From: an uncultured Methanomicrobiales archaeon
GTDB taxonomy: Archaea > Halobacteriota > Methanomicrobia > Methanomicrobiales > Methanospirillaceae
Length of the DNA stretch: 64,000 bases
Assembly: GCA_963758915.1 (NCBI GenBank)
Contig: CAVWXH010000007.1
Coordinates: 32,001-96,000 of the forward strand
Reading direction: 5' to 3'
Position 1 is the stretch's first letter. Every line of letters starts with the position of its first letter. A model generated the notes under the pieces. The model was not told the origin of the DNA and ran no database searches. It saw nothing but the letters and a program-made list of their open reading frames with translations. Both the position numbers and the translations under genes were made by a program. Shown here one piece after another: positions 9,202 to 19,042 of the stretch.

Positions 9202-10863
9202 ATGCAGACGAAGACCGGGGTCAGTCTGAAACGCTATAAGGAGATCGCGGAGGTCCTTTATGAATGGGGATTTGTCTCCACTGTCCTCGAGGACCTCTCA
9301 CCGGGCCTTAGAAACATGGATATCAGTACAAGGCTCCACCCGCAAATCCGTGGTATGACCGTGTATGAACGCATGCGGCACGTGCTTGAGGACCTGGGCC
9401 CGACATTTGTAAAATTCGGCCAGATCCTTTCTACCAGGCGTGAGATGATATCACCCGAGATGTATGAGGAACTGATAAAACTCCAGGACAAGGTGCCCCC
9501 GGTATCATTCGAAGAGCTCCGTGCTACCGTGGAGGAATACTGCGGTCCGATCGACGACGTATTCCTGGAGTTTGATACGAAGCCGTTTGCTGCAGCTTCC
9601 GTATCACAGGTCCATAAGGCGGTGCTCAGGGACGGGACCGTTGTTGCCGTCAAAATCCAGCGTCCCGGCATCAGGGAAGCAATCGAGACCGACCTCCCGC
9701 TCTTCGAAAACCTGGCCGAGCGGATCGAGAAACTATCACCTGATGCACGGGTATTCAACCCGAAGATCATGGTGCAGGAGTTTGCGGTCCAGATCCGGAA
9801 GGAACTGGATTTCACCCACGAAGGAAAAAATTCAGAGATTATTGCGGCCAGCATGGCAGATATCCCGGAGATTAAAATCCCGAAGATCTTCTGGCAATAT
9901 TCCGGGGAAAAAGTCCTCACCATGGAATTCGTGGAGGGGTGCCGGATCGACGATGTTGAAATCATCAGGTCGTATAATGTGGACCCGGTGCACATCGCGG
10001 ATATTGGTTTTCACGCATATATCAGGCAGATATTCAGGGACGGGTTTTTCCATGCCGACCCTCACCCGGGTAACCTCCTTGTCTCCCCCGAAGGCCGGCT
10101 GATATTTCTTGACTTCGGGATGGTCGTCCTGATCCGGCCGGAACGACGCAAGATCTTCATCAAGGTGCTGATGTCCATCGTCGGGTGCGATGTCGATACC
10201 CTCGTTGAAAGTTTCGAGAAACTCGGGCTTGAATTTCAGCCTGAAGATATCGAGCCGTTAAAAGACGAACTGTATGCCGCCCTCCGCGAGTACCAGACTT
10301 CTGAACTCGGCCAGCTGAATGTCGGGAGTGCCATGGACTCCCTGCCAAAAATTATGCAGAAATATAACGTGGCTGTGCCGGCTTCCCTGATGATGGTGCT
10401 GAAAGTCATCTGGATGATCTTTGCCGTTGCGGTTAAACTGGACCCGGGGTTCAATTTTAACCAGAGAGTAAAACCATATTTCGACGAGATTATAGAGGGT
10501 AGTTATCTCTCGCCCGATACCCTGAAAAAACTCCCGCTCTCGTTCATGGAAATGGCCGAGGGAGTTATGAACATCCCGAAGGCAATTAACCATACGCTCA
10601 ATACCATTGGAAAAGGAGATTTCAAACTGGAGGTCGAAGTAGACGACATGAAGACCCTCTCCACCAGTATCCAGCAGGCGTCAGGGAGGGTAATGGTATC
10701 GGTGATTATCGCGGCAATCGTTATAGGTTCTTCGATCGTGGTTCACGCCCTGGCATCAGGTACCGTAATCATGGGCAACCTCTTCTATGCCGTCTTCATG
10801 GTATATTTCATCGCGATCATTATCGGGATCGTAGCCTTGTATACAACACTGGCAAAAAAATAG
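9202..10863 (+). CDS. ABC1/AarF/UbiB atypical kinase
   Basis: LGPTFVKFGQILS, AAASVSQVH, VAVKIQRP, FFHADPHPGN, LDFG; C-terminal TMs. Confidence 0.92.
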   Translation: MQTKTGVSLKRYKEIAEVLYEWGFVSTVLEDLSPGLRNMDISTRLHPQIRGMTVYERMRHVLEDLGPTFVKFGQILSTRREMISPEMYEELIKLQDKVPPVSFEELRATVEEYCGPIDDVFLEFDTKPFAAASVSQVHKAVLRDGTVVAVKIQRPGIREAIETDLPLFENLAERIEKLSPDARVFNPKIMVQEFAVQIRKELDFTHEGKNSEIIAASMADIPEIKIPKIFWQYSGEKVLTMEFVEGCRIDDVEIIRSYNVDPVHIADIGFHAYIRQIFRDGFFHADPHPGNLLVSPEGRLIFLDFGMVVLIRPERRKIFIKVLMSIVGCDVDTLVESFEKLGLEFQPEDIEPLKDELYAALREYQTSELGQLNVGSAMDSLPKIMQKYNVAVPASLMMVLKVIWMIFAVAVKLDPGFNFNQRVKPYFDEIIEGSYLSPDTLKKLPLSFMEMAEGVMNIPKAINHTLNTIGKGDFKLEVEVDDMKTLSTSIQQASGRVMVSVIIAAIVIGSSIVVHALASGTVIMGNLFYAVFMVYFIAIIIGIVALYTTLAKK

Positions 10864-10884
10864 TATGGTGTCAGGGCTCCCGGA

Positions 10885-11073
10885 TCACACACTTTTTACC
10901 AGTTTCCATCCAAAAAATAGTGCTACTACCCCAAGAAGGATACATAGGAACCCGATAATTTTCTCAAAGAAGAGCATAATTGCAGACAGGTTAAACAGGA
11001 AGGCTATCCCCAGGATGACCAGGATAATACCAACGATAAATGAGATAAGGGCAATCCAATCCATTGTTATCAT
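10885..11073 (-). CDS. Small two-TM membrane protein
   Basis: Two hydrophobic helices after MITMDW. Confidence 0.55.
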   Translation of the reverse strand: MITMDWIALISFIVGIILVILGIAFLFNLSAIMLFFEKIIGFLCILLGVVALFFGWKLVKSV

Positions 11074-11418
11074 TCGGAATGTGATAATACAGGATTTATA
11101 TTTAACGAAAAGGTATTTTTTCAGGGACCCATGGGTGAATGCGCCCATGAACAGGGGTTGCCTGAATTCCGTCACCGGTAGCCGTTCAGCTGATTTTTCG
11201 CATTCTGGTACTGATGGCTGATTGTGGTCTTCGTGAACAATTCAGGAAGCCCTGCCTCGGAATGGTAATCGAGTACCTAAAACCGCTTTGATACCTGCCA
11301 TTTTATTCAAGGATAATTCTTATAATTTTTATCGGGAAACGTAAGGGTCATCCACCTGTACGAGGCCCGTTACAATGTTTAGTACTAAACTATATGGTTT
11401 GAGGGATGAGTTTTTCAT

Positions 11419-11769
11419 ATGCCATCAATGGACCACGACCTGCTCGTCCTCATCACGAACCTGCACGGCACGGACAGGTTGTCGCCCGATAAATTCAGCA
11501 GGATGAAGTTATTCCTTATTAACCCGCTTTTCCGGGCAGATGCTTCCGATGCCACGGACTGGATAACGGTTGGAAATACAGTGGTCCGGGAAGGGCATTA
11601 TTCCCTGGCACTCAAATGTTACGCAAATGCCATAGAAATCGATCCTGATAACCTTGATGCCTGGAACAATATTTCTGTCACATTTGAGATGATTGGGAGG
11701 ACGGATGAAGCAGAGCGGTGCAGGGAGAAGATTGCGGAAATTACTACACGCCGCAACAGGAAGAAGTGA
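11419..11769 (+). CDS. TPR-repeat protein
   Basis: W..VG......GHYSLALKCYANAIEIDPDNLDAWNN TPR consensus. Confidence 0.75.
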   Translation: MPSMDHDLLVLITNLHGTDRLSPDKFSRMKLFLINPLFRADASDATDWITVGNTVVREGHYSLALKCYANAIEIDPDNLDAWNNISVTFEMIGRTDEAERCREKIAEITTRRNRKK

Positions 11770-11783
11770 CAATCCACCCGGGG

Positions 11784-12347
11784 TCATGCTCCACCGGATG
11801 GAAGTACCCGGATATCCATAGCTGCGATCTGGCTGTACACTTTTGATTTTTCTGCGAGAGTCCACCGGTCAAAGACCAGGGACTGGAAGGGCTGCCAGAT
11901 TACCACCCAGCAGAATATCACGAGGACATTGAGTACAATAACTGCAAGGGGTATATGCTGAAACTTGGTTAAGAGGGCGATCCCAATAAATGAGGGTATT
12001 GCGACCCCGATTGTGAGCCAGACTTCCCGTAGCCCAACCCTGACAGTCAGGATGCTGCTTCTTTTTATTTCGGTGGAACGGTTTTTAAAATGCGACTTCG
12101 TCGCAGAAACAATCGCGGTCTGCCGCTCAGGAGTGAGATCTGATGGGGGGAACTGAAGTTCGATATGGTCACAGATTGGCGAAATTTTTTTATCGGGCAC
12201 GTCAAGGACAGAGAGGACTATCGCATTTTCTGCACGATCGGTGAGTTCACGGTCACATTCCGGGGAAGGGTCATCAGCATCATAAAAATGGGCGATCGTT
12301 CTGAACGATATTGAGGCCAGAGTACCAGGGCTGTATTGTTCGGACAT
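11784..12347 (-). CDS. Hypothetical membrane protein (two C-terminal TMs)
   Basis: 187-aa ORF; DPSP..RELTDRAE and WVVIWQP..SLVFD. Confidence 0.65.
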   Translation of the reverse strand: MSEQYSPGTLASISFRTIAHFYDADDPSPECDRELTDRAENAIVLSVLDVPDKKISPICDHIELQFPPSDLTPERQTAIVSATKSHFKNRSTEIKRSSILTVRVGLREVWLTIGVAIPSFIGIALLTKFQHIPLAVIVLNVLVIFCWVVIWQPFQSLVFDRWTLAEKSKVYSQIAAMDIRVLPSGGA

Positions 12348-12582
12348 CCGGGTTCACCACGTTAACTACTGGTACTCATTGAAACTACAGGGAAAATAAT
12401 TCTCCTTTACGAATCTCCTTTATGCACCTGTATCATTTTCAGCCCGGCACGTACCTTAGCGAGGTAGTACCTGGATGAGTAGTTGTCAAAAACAAAAAAA
12501 ACACAAAAAAAGTAAGACGGGGCAGACCCCGGCATCACGGGGAATTCCTGCAGGGCCCCGGAAGTGCTCCTGCTTCCAGGGG

Positions 12583-12858
12583 TTAGTCTTCCGATTCAGG
12601 TGTTGGAGGAGTTTTATAGACGAGCCATAGTACCCCTGCGGTACAGGCAATGATGATTACCACCAGGAGGACTGCGCTCCAGATGTCTTCATTGAACCTC
12701 GTGCTCATTGAAAGAGATGTCCCGAGAAGGTCGTTAATCATCCCGATCAATAGCGAAATGGCAAAAAATATAAAAAATCCTGCAAATATACCGAGGATCA
12801 CACCTGCAACAATCCTGAGTGGTGCCGGTTTTGGAAGATTATCAGTCATGGATTCCAT
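12583..12858 (-). CDS. Small two-TM membrane protein
   Basis: Only the 3' part of the 235-aa ORF looks coding; ATG at 12858/12849 after AT-rich TATA-like stretch. Confidence 0.6.
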   Translation of the reverse strand: MESMTDNLPKPAPLRIVAGVILGIFAGFFIFFAISLLIGMINDLLGTSLSMSTRFNEDIWSAVLLVVIIIACTAGVLWLVYKTPPTPESED

Positions 12859-13169
12859 ATTTAACGCATTAATATATAGGGATTCGCTTTTCGAGTAAGC
12901 AAACATGATACCAATGGGACCCTGATAATAACAGGGTTGTAACACAGGAGGATAACATTCATCAGTAATTATTCCCAATATCTGGGAAAGAAAACGCCCG
13001 TTTTTTTGTTCGAACGTTTTGGTTTCATACGGTTCAATAGTTCCCGCGAATAGTACAAGGGTCCTGGCGAACAGAACCGGGACCACCGGGCAAAGATGAG
13101 ATGTCCGGGGCGTGAAACCCACGTACCAGCAAAAAAAGGTGCTGAACCATATCACAAATCCAGCAAGCA

Positions 13170-13439
13170 GTGATTCCATTGAAGACAATAAAAGTATTCT
13201 GCCTCGATTCCTGTGAACACTCCAATCACCTGAAACAGGAATTATGGGATAACAATATCTCATTTGAAGAGGTGTATCTCGGGAGCACACAGGCCATCCA
13301 TGACCTCCGCAACCGTGGACTCTCTCGTGCGAGAGCCCCGGTGTTACAGGTAAAAGAAAGATTGTATATGGGTAATGACCTGTTCCCTGGCGGTATCATA
13401 GACCGGTCTTTTATTGAGCAGTGCCTCTTTGATCCCTGA
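13170..13439 (+). CDS. Glutaredoxin/NrdH-like protein (CxxS variant)
   Basis: VFCLDSCEHSNHLKQEL..NNISFEEV, RAPVLQV cis-Pro motif. Confidence 0.65.
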   Translation: MIPLKTIKVFCLDSCEHSNHLKQELWDNNISFEEVYLGSTQAIHDLRNRGLSRARAPVLQVKERLYMGNDLFPGGIIDRSFIEQCLFDP

Positions 13440-13681
13440 CTCCCCGACGCAACGAAAAAAAAATACAGGGTACATCATATACGGGAAACCCGCGGGATAC
13501 CCCATTCTTCTTTGAGGTGCAGATATAACACTTGGTTTACCGTGGAACAGGTCGCAATCTTATTCCCGCTACCTGCAGAACAATTATACATTTATGACCT
13601 GATCCCGAAGTATTATCGTAACAATCCCGCAGAGATACTCCGGGGTCATCAAAAAAAGACCATTTCACCCTGCTTATCAGA

Positions 13682-14155
13682 ATGGTAACCAGGAGGGGCA
13701 CGTCCGTGAACTACGAGATCCAGTTGTCGCTTGATAGCTTCAATACCCTTAGTCCGCTCCGGTGTAAGGGAGTACCCGGACTGAACGCCCATAAAAAGAA
13801 CTGCATTCCCTGCGTTTATGCAATCCGGAGTGAAGATCGCATTTTTTGCACCCGTTTCAGAAGACCTGTAAGCAACGGGCAGAAATATTCGTTGAAGGAG
13901 TGGAAATCAGCACGGGATATTGTACTTGCACGAGATGGTAACGAGTGTGTAATATGTGAAAGGAGTGACGGGTTACATATCCACCATATCGACAGCGACA
14001 CGACAAATGATGCCCCGTCAAACCTCGTTACCCTCTGTAATTTCTGCCATGCCCGTGCCCATGCTGAACTCCACCGGGAGGGCGGGGCAGGGCGGGTGCA
14101 GGGGGTCATCAACCATTACCGGTTGCAACGGAAAGCGGTATCCACCGGAGACTAG
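13682..14155 (+). CDS. HNH endonuclease
   Basis: VLARDGNECVIC..LHIHHID..NLVTLCNFCH; additional N-terminal Cys cluster. Confidence 0.85.
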   Translation: MVTRRGTSVNYEIQLSLDSFNTLSPLRCKGVPGLNAHKKNCIPCVYAIRSEDRIFCTRFRRPVSNGQKYSLKEWKSARDIVLARDGNECVICERSDGLHIHHIDSDTTNDAPSNLVTLCNFCHARAHAELHREGGAGRVQGVINHYRLQRKAVSTGD

Positions 14156-14161
14156 GTCCTG

Positions 14162-14893
14162 ATGACCGGATGCAATTCAATTGTGTACGAAGGCCTTACC
14201 ATACCTTATGATATTACCTTCAGCCACCGGCGGAGTAGTATTTCGATTGTCGTCCACCGCACGAAACGGGTTGAAATAAAGGCCCCGTCCGGTACCCCGG
14301 TATCATATATTCAGGGCCTTGCAGGGAAGAAAGTGGCCTGGATCGTGAAACGGCTCAGGCTCCTCGATTCAATGGCAGAACTGCTGGTAGAACGGAATTA
14401 CCACGATGGAGAGGTGTTTTTTTTCCTCGGTGCCCCGATCATGCTCTCAGTTACGGGTGACACCGCCACCGGGGGCATCAGGTGTGCGGAAGGGCATTTT
14501 TTTGTGGCTACACCCCGGTCACTATCCGGCCCTGATCAGGCACAGTACACCAGAAAACTGGTGCAGGACTGGTACCGTGAACAGGCTGCCCTGATAATCG
14601 GGGAAAAAGTTGGGGAATTCGCCATTTCCCTTGGAGTGGAACTGCCACCTTTCAGGTTGAAGAATATCAGGCGACGCTGGGGGAGTTGCAGCCACAGGAA
14701 TCACTTGAATTTTAATCTGAGGCTCATAATGGCGCCGATCGATCTCGTCGAATATGTGGTGCTGCATGAACTCTGCCATATCAGGCATAAAAACCATTCC
14801 CGGGAATTCTGGGAAGCGCTACGGGAATTGATGCCGGATTACCCCGAAAGAAGGGGACGCCTCAAACGGGAGGGGCAGCGGTACGTTCTGTAG
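14162..14893 (+). CDS. YgjP/DUF45 (M48-like) zinc metallohydrolase
   Basis: RWGSCS, YVVLHELCHIRHKNHSREFW. Confidence 0.9.
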   Translation: MTGCNSIVYEGLTIPYDITFSHRRSSISIVVHRTKRVEIKAPSGTPVSYIQGLAGKKVAWIVKRLRLLDSMAELLVERNYHDGEVFFFLGAPIMLSVTGDTATGGIRCAEGHFFVATPRSLSGPDQAQYTRKLVQDWYREQAALIIGEKVGEFAISLGVELPPFRLKNIRRRWGSCSHRNHLNFNLRLIMAPIDLVEYVVLHELCHIRHKNHSREFWEALRELMPDYPERRGRLKREGQRYVL

Positions 14894-15067
14894 AACTGAC
14901 AAATGAAATTCCGGGTTGTGAGAGCCCCTCTTTCTTTTCGCGTCCCTGCCAGGCATGCCATGCCCGCCAATCCGGGTATATGCCCGGGGGTACCGTTCCC
15001 GATACGGTCTTCTCACCGGTGCGCCCCATCGAGAGATCAGCCGGGATAAGCAGGGACAAGCGGCCCG

Positions 15068-15721
15068 TTATAATTCCCTGACCATGAGTGTGATCTCCCC
15101 GGGCAGGTCCTTAAAATAACAGGTCCCGTCAACGGAAAAATCCTGAAACGGAACCATAGCAGCCTCAAAAAAACCACACGCGGAAAATAACCCGCGTGAG
15201 GCAGGGGTGGTGCACTCTGCAAGGGCATACGAAAAGCCCCTGGTACGGGCGTGGTCCACCGCAGCCGTCAGCAAGGCTTTCGCAACCCCCTTCCCCTGGA
15301 ACCGGGGAACAGTCCCCACCTGGAAGAGGTGAAGGGATTCCCCTGCACCGACCGGGTAGTGTTCCCGGTAGCACTGCTCAAGCCTGCCAAGTATACAGGT
15401 AATCTCGTTAAAAATTGAAAACATATCGGCCATCAGGGGGTCACGGGACAACCAGTCAGTGGCAAGGTCACTGCTAAACGCGAAGCCTGCGAGGCCCCCG
15501 GATATGCTATCCCTCGCGATGAAACTCAGGGAATCCCTGGCGCACAGGGTTACATACACATATGCCGGAGGGAAAAAAATTTCCGGACCTGTCCTGCAAT
15601 AGCGGGTCATCGGCTCATGGTTGAGGAAAACATCCGCGTAACACCGGGTTGCTTCCCCGGCATCATTACCGGTAAGTGGTGTAATTACAAATGGAAAAAC
15701 AGGCCCGTTAACAGGACTCAC
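15068..15721 (-). CDS. GNAT N-acetyltransferase
   Basis: VGTVPRFQGKGVAKALL acetyl-CoA motif; start estimated (GTG 15721). Confidence 0.75.
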   Translation of the reverse strand: MSPVNGPVFPFVITPLTGNDAGEATRCYADVFLNHEPMTRYCRTGPEIFFPPAYVYVTLCARDSLSFIARDSISGGLAGFAFSSDLATDWLSRDPLMADMFSIFNEITCILGRLEQCYREHYPVGAGESLHLFQVGTVPRFQGKGVAKALLTAAVDHARTRGFSYALAECTTPASRGLFSACGFFEAAMVPFQDFSVDGTCYFKDLPGEITLMVREL

Positions 15722-15928
15722 CGCTAAATTACATGCCTGTTTACGATATTTATCTTTCCATACCCCGGGTTTGGATGGAAATGGTGACGACCTGGTATTC
15801 CCATGAAGCCGGAGCCCGCGGATAACTGAATCGTACCCTATAAGTACAACGCCGTGCAACAGGATGGATCATGGGCAGGGGTACTCACACCGGTGGGTAT
15901 GACAGGCCTGTTACAACCCGGGTGGACG

Positions 15929-16363
15929 ATGACAGGGATTTACCAGAAGATTGTAATTGCAACCGACGGATCGGAAAGAAACCTGAGTGCGGTAATTGAG
16001 GGGGTGATGATCGCCCGTGTTTCCGGGGCAAAACTCCAGGTGGTCTATGTAATTGATACAAAAGCCCTCACTACGGGTGTCATCGAGGAGTCCTATGCCG
16101 GCATGTATGACAGCCTTCACGGGGAGGGGGAACAGGCACTTGAACAGGCAAAAGAGCTGGCAGGTGACCTCGATGCGGATACGTTCCTCCTTACCGGGAA
16201 ACCAGCAACAGAGATCACCCGCTTTGTAAAGGAACAGGGGGCAGACCTGCTGGTTGTCGGAACGCAGGGGAAAAGCGGCCTTGGAAAACTCATTCTCGGG
16301 AGTGTAGCCGAAACGATCATCCGGACTGCCCCCTGCTCCGTACTGGTGGTAAGGAAGTCCTAA
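15929..16363 (+). CDS. Universal stress protein
   Basis: KIVIATDGS, DLLVVGTQGKSG..LGSVAETIIRTAPCSVLVV. Confidence 0.92.
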   Translation: MTGIYQKIVIATDGSERNLSAVIEGVMIARVSGAKLQVVYVIDTKALTTGVIEESYAGMYDSLHGEGEQALEQAKELAGDLDADTFLLTGKPATEITRFVKEQGADLLVVGTQGKSGLGKLILGSVAETIIRTAPCSVLVVRKS

Positions 16364-16383
16364 AAAAACAAGGAATACTATAG

Positions 16384-17280
16384 ATGACGGATAAAAACCC
16401 CATGCGATACAGCAGCCAGGTAAACAAACAGGAACACCCAGGTACAAGACCCTGCGCCAGGTGCCGGAAACAGGGTCAGGTTGGTGCGGCTATTCTTACA
16501 ACCATGGGAATGTTAATCCTGCTCTGCCTTGTTCTCGGGGCAGGGGCCTCGGCAGCAGGGACGAAAACTGCCTACATGGGAGATATGGTCACATTATCGG
16601 GATCTTCCCCAGGGAGCGATATAGTCTACCTCTTCATGACCGGGCCGAACCTTCCCCCGAACGGGGTGGCCCTGAACAATATCAACCGGAGGGCTGACAT
16701 GGGGGGCTTCACAACGACCGATGTCGATTCGGATGGCCACTGGGTCTACAAATGGTACACGAACCAGATCGGCGGGAAAATCGATACCGGTACCTACACG
16801 GTATGGGTGACCGACCGGCCGGTTGACAGGTCACACCTGAGCGGGAGCAACTACCATTCTATTCCCGTCCTCCTGCAACAGCCAGGGATCGTCGCAGGGT
16901 CATCAACCGCGAGCGGGGCACTTCTGGTCAGGACTACACCTGAAGGGGCGGTCCTTTTCCTGAACGGGGATAATAAAGGGGTTACACCGGTCACTATCAC
17001 TGAACTTCCAGTTGGAAACCATCTGATAGTAGTATCCTTACCGGGTTACCAGAACCTTACAACACAGGTGGTCGTGAAGGAGGGCGCACGTACCGAGGTC
17101 AGTATACCCTTGTCATCTCAAAATGGCCCCGTCCCCGTCAATACCACACCCACAGGTACGGAAACACCATCACAGTCACAGCCAGCCTCCCCACCCCCTA
17201 CCCGTGCTTCCGGAATAATCCCGGAAACAATTGTCCTTTTCATGATTGCACTGATATTGCTCGGCTGGCGGACGAAATAA
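16384..17280 (+). CDS. PEGA-domain cell-surface protein with C-terminal TM anchor
   Basis: Signal peptide; VRTTPEGAVLFLNG..KGVTP PEGA motif; Thr/Pro linker; TM plus RTK. Confidence 0.8.
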   Translation: MTDKNPMRYSSQVNKQEHPGTRPCARCRKQGQVGAAILTTMGMLILLCLVLGAGASAAGTKTAYMGDMVTLSGSSPGSDIVYLFMTGPNLPPNGVALNNINRRADMGGFTTTDVDSDGHWVYKWYTNQIGGKIDTGTYTVWVTDRPVDRSHLSGSNYHSIPVLLQQPGIVAGSSTASGALLVRTTPEGAVLFLNGDNKGVTPVTITELPVGNHLIVVSLPGYQNLTTQVVVKEGARTEVSIPLSSQNGPVPVNTTPTGTETPSQSQPASPPPTRASGIIPETIVLFMIALILLGWRTK

Positions 17281-17515
17281 AAGAGTAACCCGGATATATC
17301 CTGTCACAGGGAAGATCTCATCTCCTTATTTATTTTATGAGTACTCCATTACTTTTTTTCACCGGGTTTTTTACCATTTCCTTCTGCCTGAAAGAGCAGG
17401 AATTGCAATGTAACATTTCACCGGGAAGCAGCTGACAAACCATGAGAGGCAAAGTACCACAAACGGCGCCTGCAGACAGTTCTTTAAAAAAGGATAGGTC
17501 TTAAGAAAACCCTTG

Positions 17516-17881
17516 TCAGATGTACCGGTTACGCCGCAGCCAGTCCACCTGGGGAGGCATGTACCGGTATATGATATCGCATTTCTCGTCCTGGAAACTC
17601 CATGGGGTGACGATAAGGGTATCCCCTTCACGGATCCAGACTCGTTTCTTTATTTTTCCCTTGATCCGGCCCATACGGGTGACCCCGTCATAACAACGGA
17701 CCCTGATATGGTTTGCCCCCATCATCAGTTCCGCCTGCGCGAACTGCTCTTTGGCCCATTTTTTCGGTAAACGGACACGCGCTGTCGGGGTTCCGTCCGG
17801 ATTTACTGCATTCAGATCTACTTCTTCGCCATTTTTATTCTGGTTATTCCTAATTGACCCAACTCCTGATTCAGAGTACAA
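17516..17881 (-). CDS. eif1a: Translation initiation factor aIF-1A
   Basis: RVRLP, MGANHIRVRCYDGVTRMGRIKGKIKKRVWIREGD, PWSFQDEK; no ATG start (TTG 17881 or ATT 17854). Confidence 0.95.
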   Translation of the reverse strand: MYSESGVGSIRNNQNKNGEEVDLNAVNPDGTPTARVRLPKKWAKEQFAQAELMMGANHIRVRCYDGVTRMGRIKGKIKKRVWIREGDTLIVTPWSFQDEKCDIIYRYMPPQVDWLRRNRYI

Positions 17882-18285
17882 ACGATGTCTGACGCAATTA
17901 ATCTATCCCAACATTTATAACTATTGAGCCCTGCCAAAACCAGCTTCGTTTACATCCTGGCGAATTATATAACAATCTCACCGGCCCCGGATAAGGAAAA
18001 TAACCGGACTTGGGCGATGCAGAGGTCAATGTTCATTACGAAATGCGACAGACAAGTCATGATACCAGATTGAAGTTGCCGGAGAAATCCAGTCACGACC
18101 ATGACCTGTCCGCTGCGCCTTTTACTCATGTCCGCTGCCTGTTGTAGGGGGGCATGAATTCCCGGGTCTGCAGAGTTTTCAGGGACCTGGATAAGCATAG
18201 ATGAAACGGGACCGACCAGCCCTTAATGGCCCTGTGCGATCTGGTAAGCGGAAGATCCCGTGGGTTCCCTGGCAATTGCAGTTAA

Positions 18286-18825
18286 ATGCAGGTGAGGAAG
18301 AGCATGGACCTTGGAATTTTTGAAGCGATGGATGATACGGAAAAGAAGAACTACCTGGAATTTATCCTCTGGCACTACCGCGTCGTGGACGCATTCTGGT
18401 TTATTTATGTCGGTGAGACGTACGGCCAGCCAGTGGCTGAGTCTGTGAATGAACAGGTATGGGGCCGGGTCGCCGGTATGGCCGCAAAAGATATTGTAAG
18501 ACGTTTCAATATTACAGAAACGGGTCTTCGCGGGTTCGTCAAGGCCCTCCGTCACTTTCCCTGGGCAGTTATTGTGGGTTATACCATCGATGAGCGTGAT
18601 GATGAGGTCATTATATCTGTCCCGTCCTGTCCGACACAGGAAGCGCGCTTAAACCGCGGGCTGGGGGAATATGTATGCAGGGAGATGCACCGGGCTGAGT
18701 TCACCAGTTTTGCGAGGGAAATTGACGACCGGATCTGTGTCGAATGTGTATTTGCTCCCCCGGATCCGCACCCCCCTGATATGTTCTGCAAATGGCGGTT
18801 CTACCTTAAAAATGATGAAACTTAA
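18286..18825 (+). CDS. DUF6125-like conserved protein (V4R-like Cys pattern)
   Basis: [40 protein letters not shown]. Confidence 0.7.
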   Translation: MQVRKSMDLGIFEAMDDTEKKNYLEFILWHYRVVDAFWFIYVGETYGQPVAESVNEQVWGRVAGMAAKDIVRRFNITETGLRGFVKALRHFPWAVIVGYTIDERDDEVIISVPSCPTQEARLNRGLGEYVCREMHRAEFTSFAREIDDRICVECVFAPPDPHPPDMFCKWRFYLKNDET

Positions 18826-18844
18826 AAGCTGGACGATCAAAGAA

Positions 18845-18948
18845 AATCTCTGAAATTTCAGGTGAACCCTGCCAACAGAATTTCTTCCAGGGAGTGGAGC
18901 AGGGAGGGGTGAAACCACCTCCTTTCTACGCGTCTGGTGCTTTTTTTG
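18845..18948 (-). repeat. Degenerate inverted copy of the interior of the 3023-3281 element
   Basis: Reverse complement AAAAAAAGCA..AGGAGGTGGTTTCACCCCTCCCTG..TTGGCAGGGTTCA..AATTTCAGAGATT matches ~3048-3159. Confidence 0.7.
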
Positions 18949-19042
18949 CCGGCACGAAGGATGCCGACAGAAATTTTCTGCAAAAACTGATTGATATTCT
19001 GATTGATAGTTCTATCGTTTCCAAATGGGAGCTTAAGAGTAG

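Noticed and set aside
17930-18285. Possible tRNA or ncRNA in the gap upstream of eif1a
   Set aside because: No cloverleaf or T-loop GTTCRA signature found; the short ORFs are unconvincing
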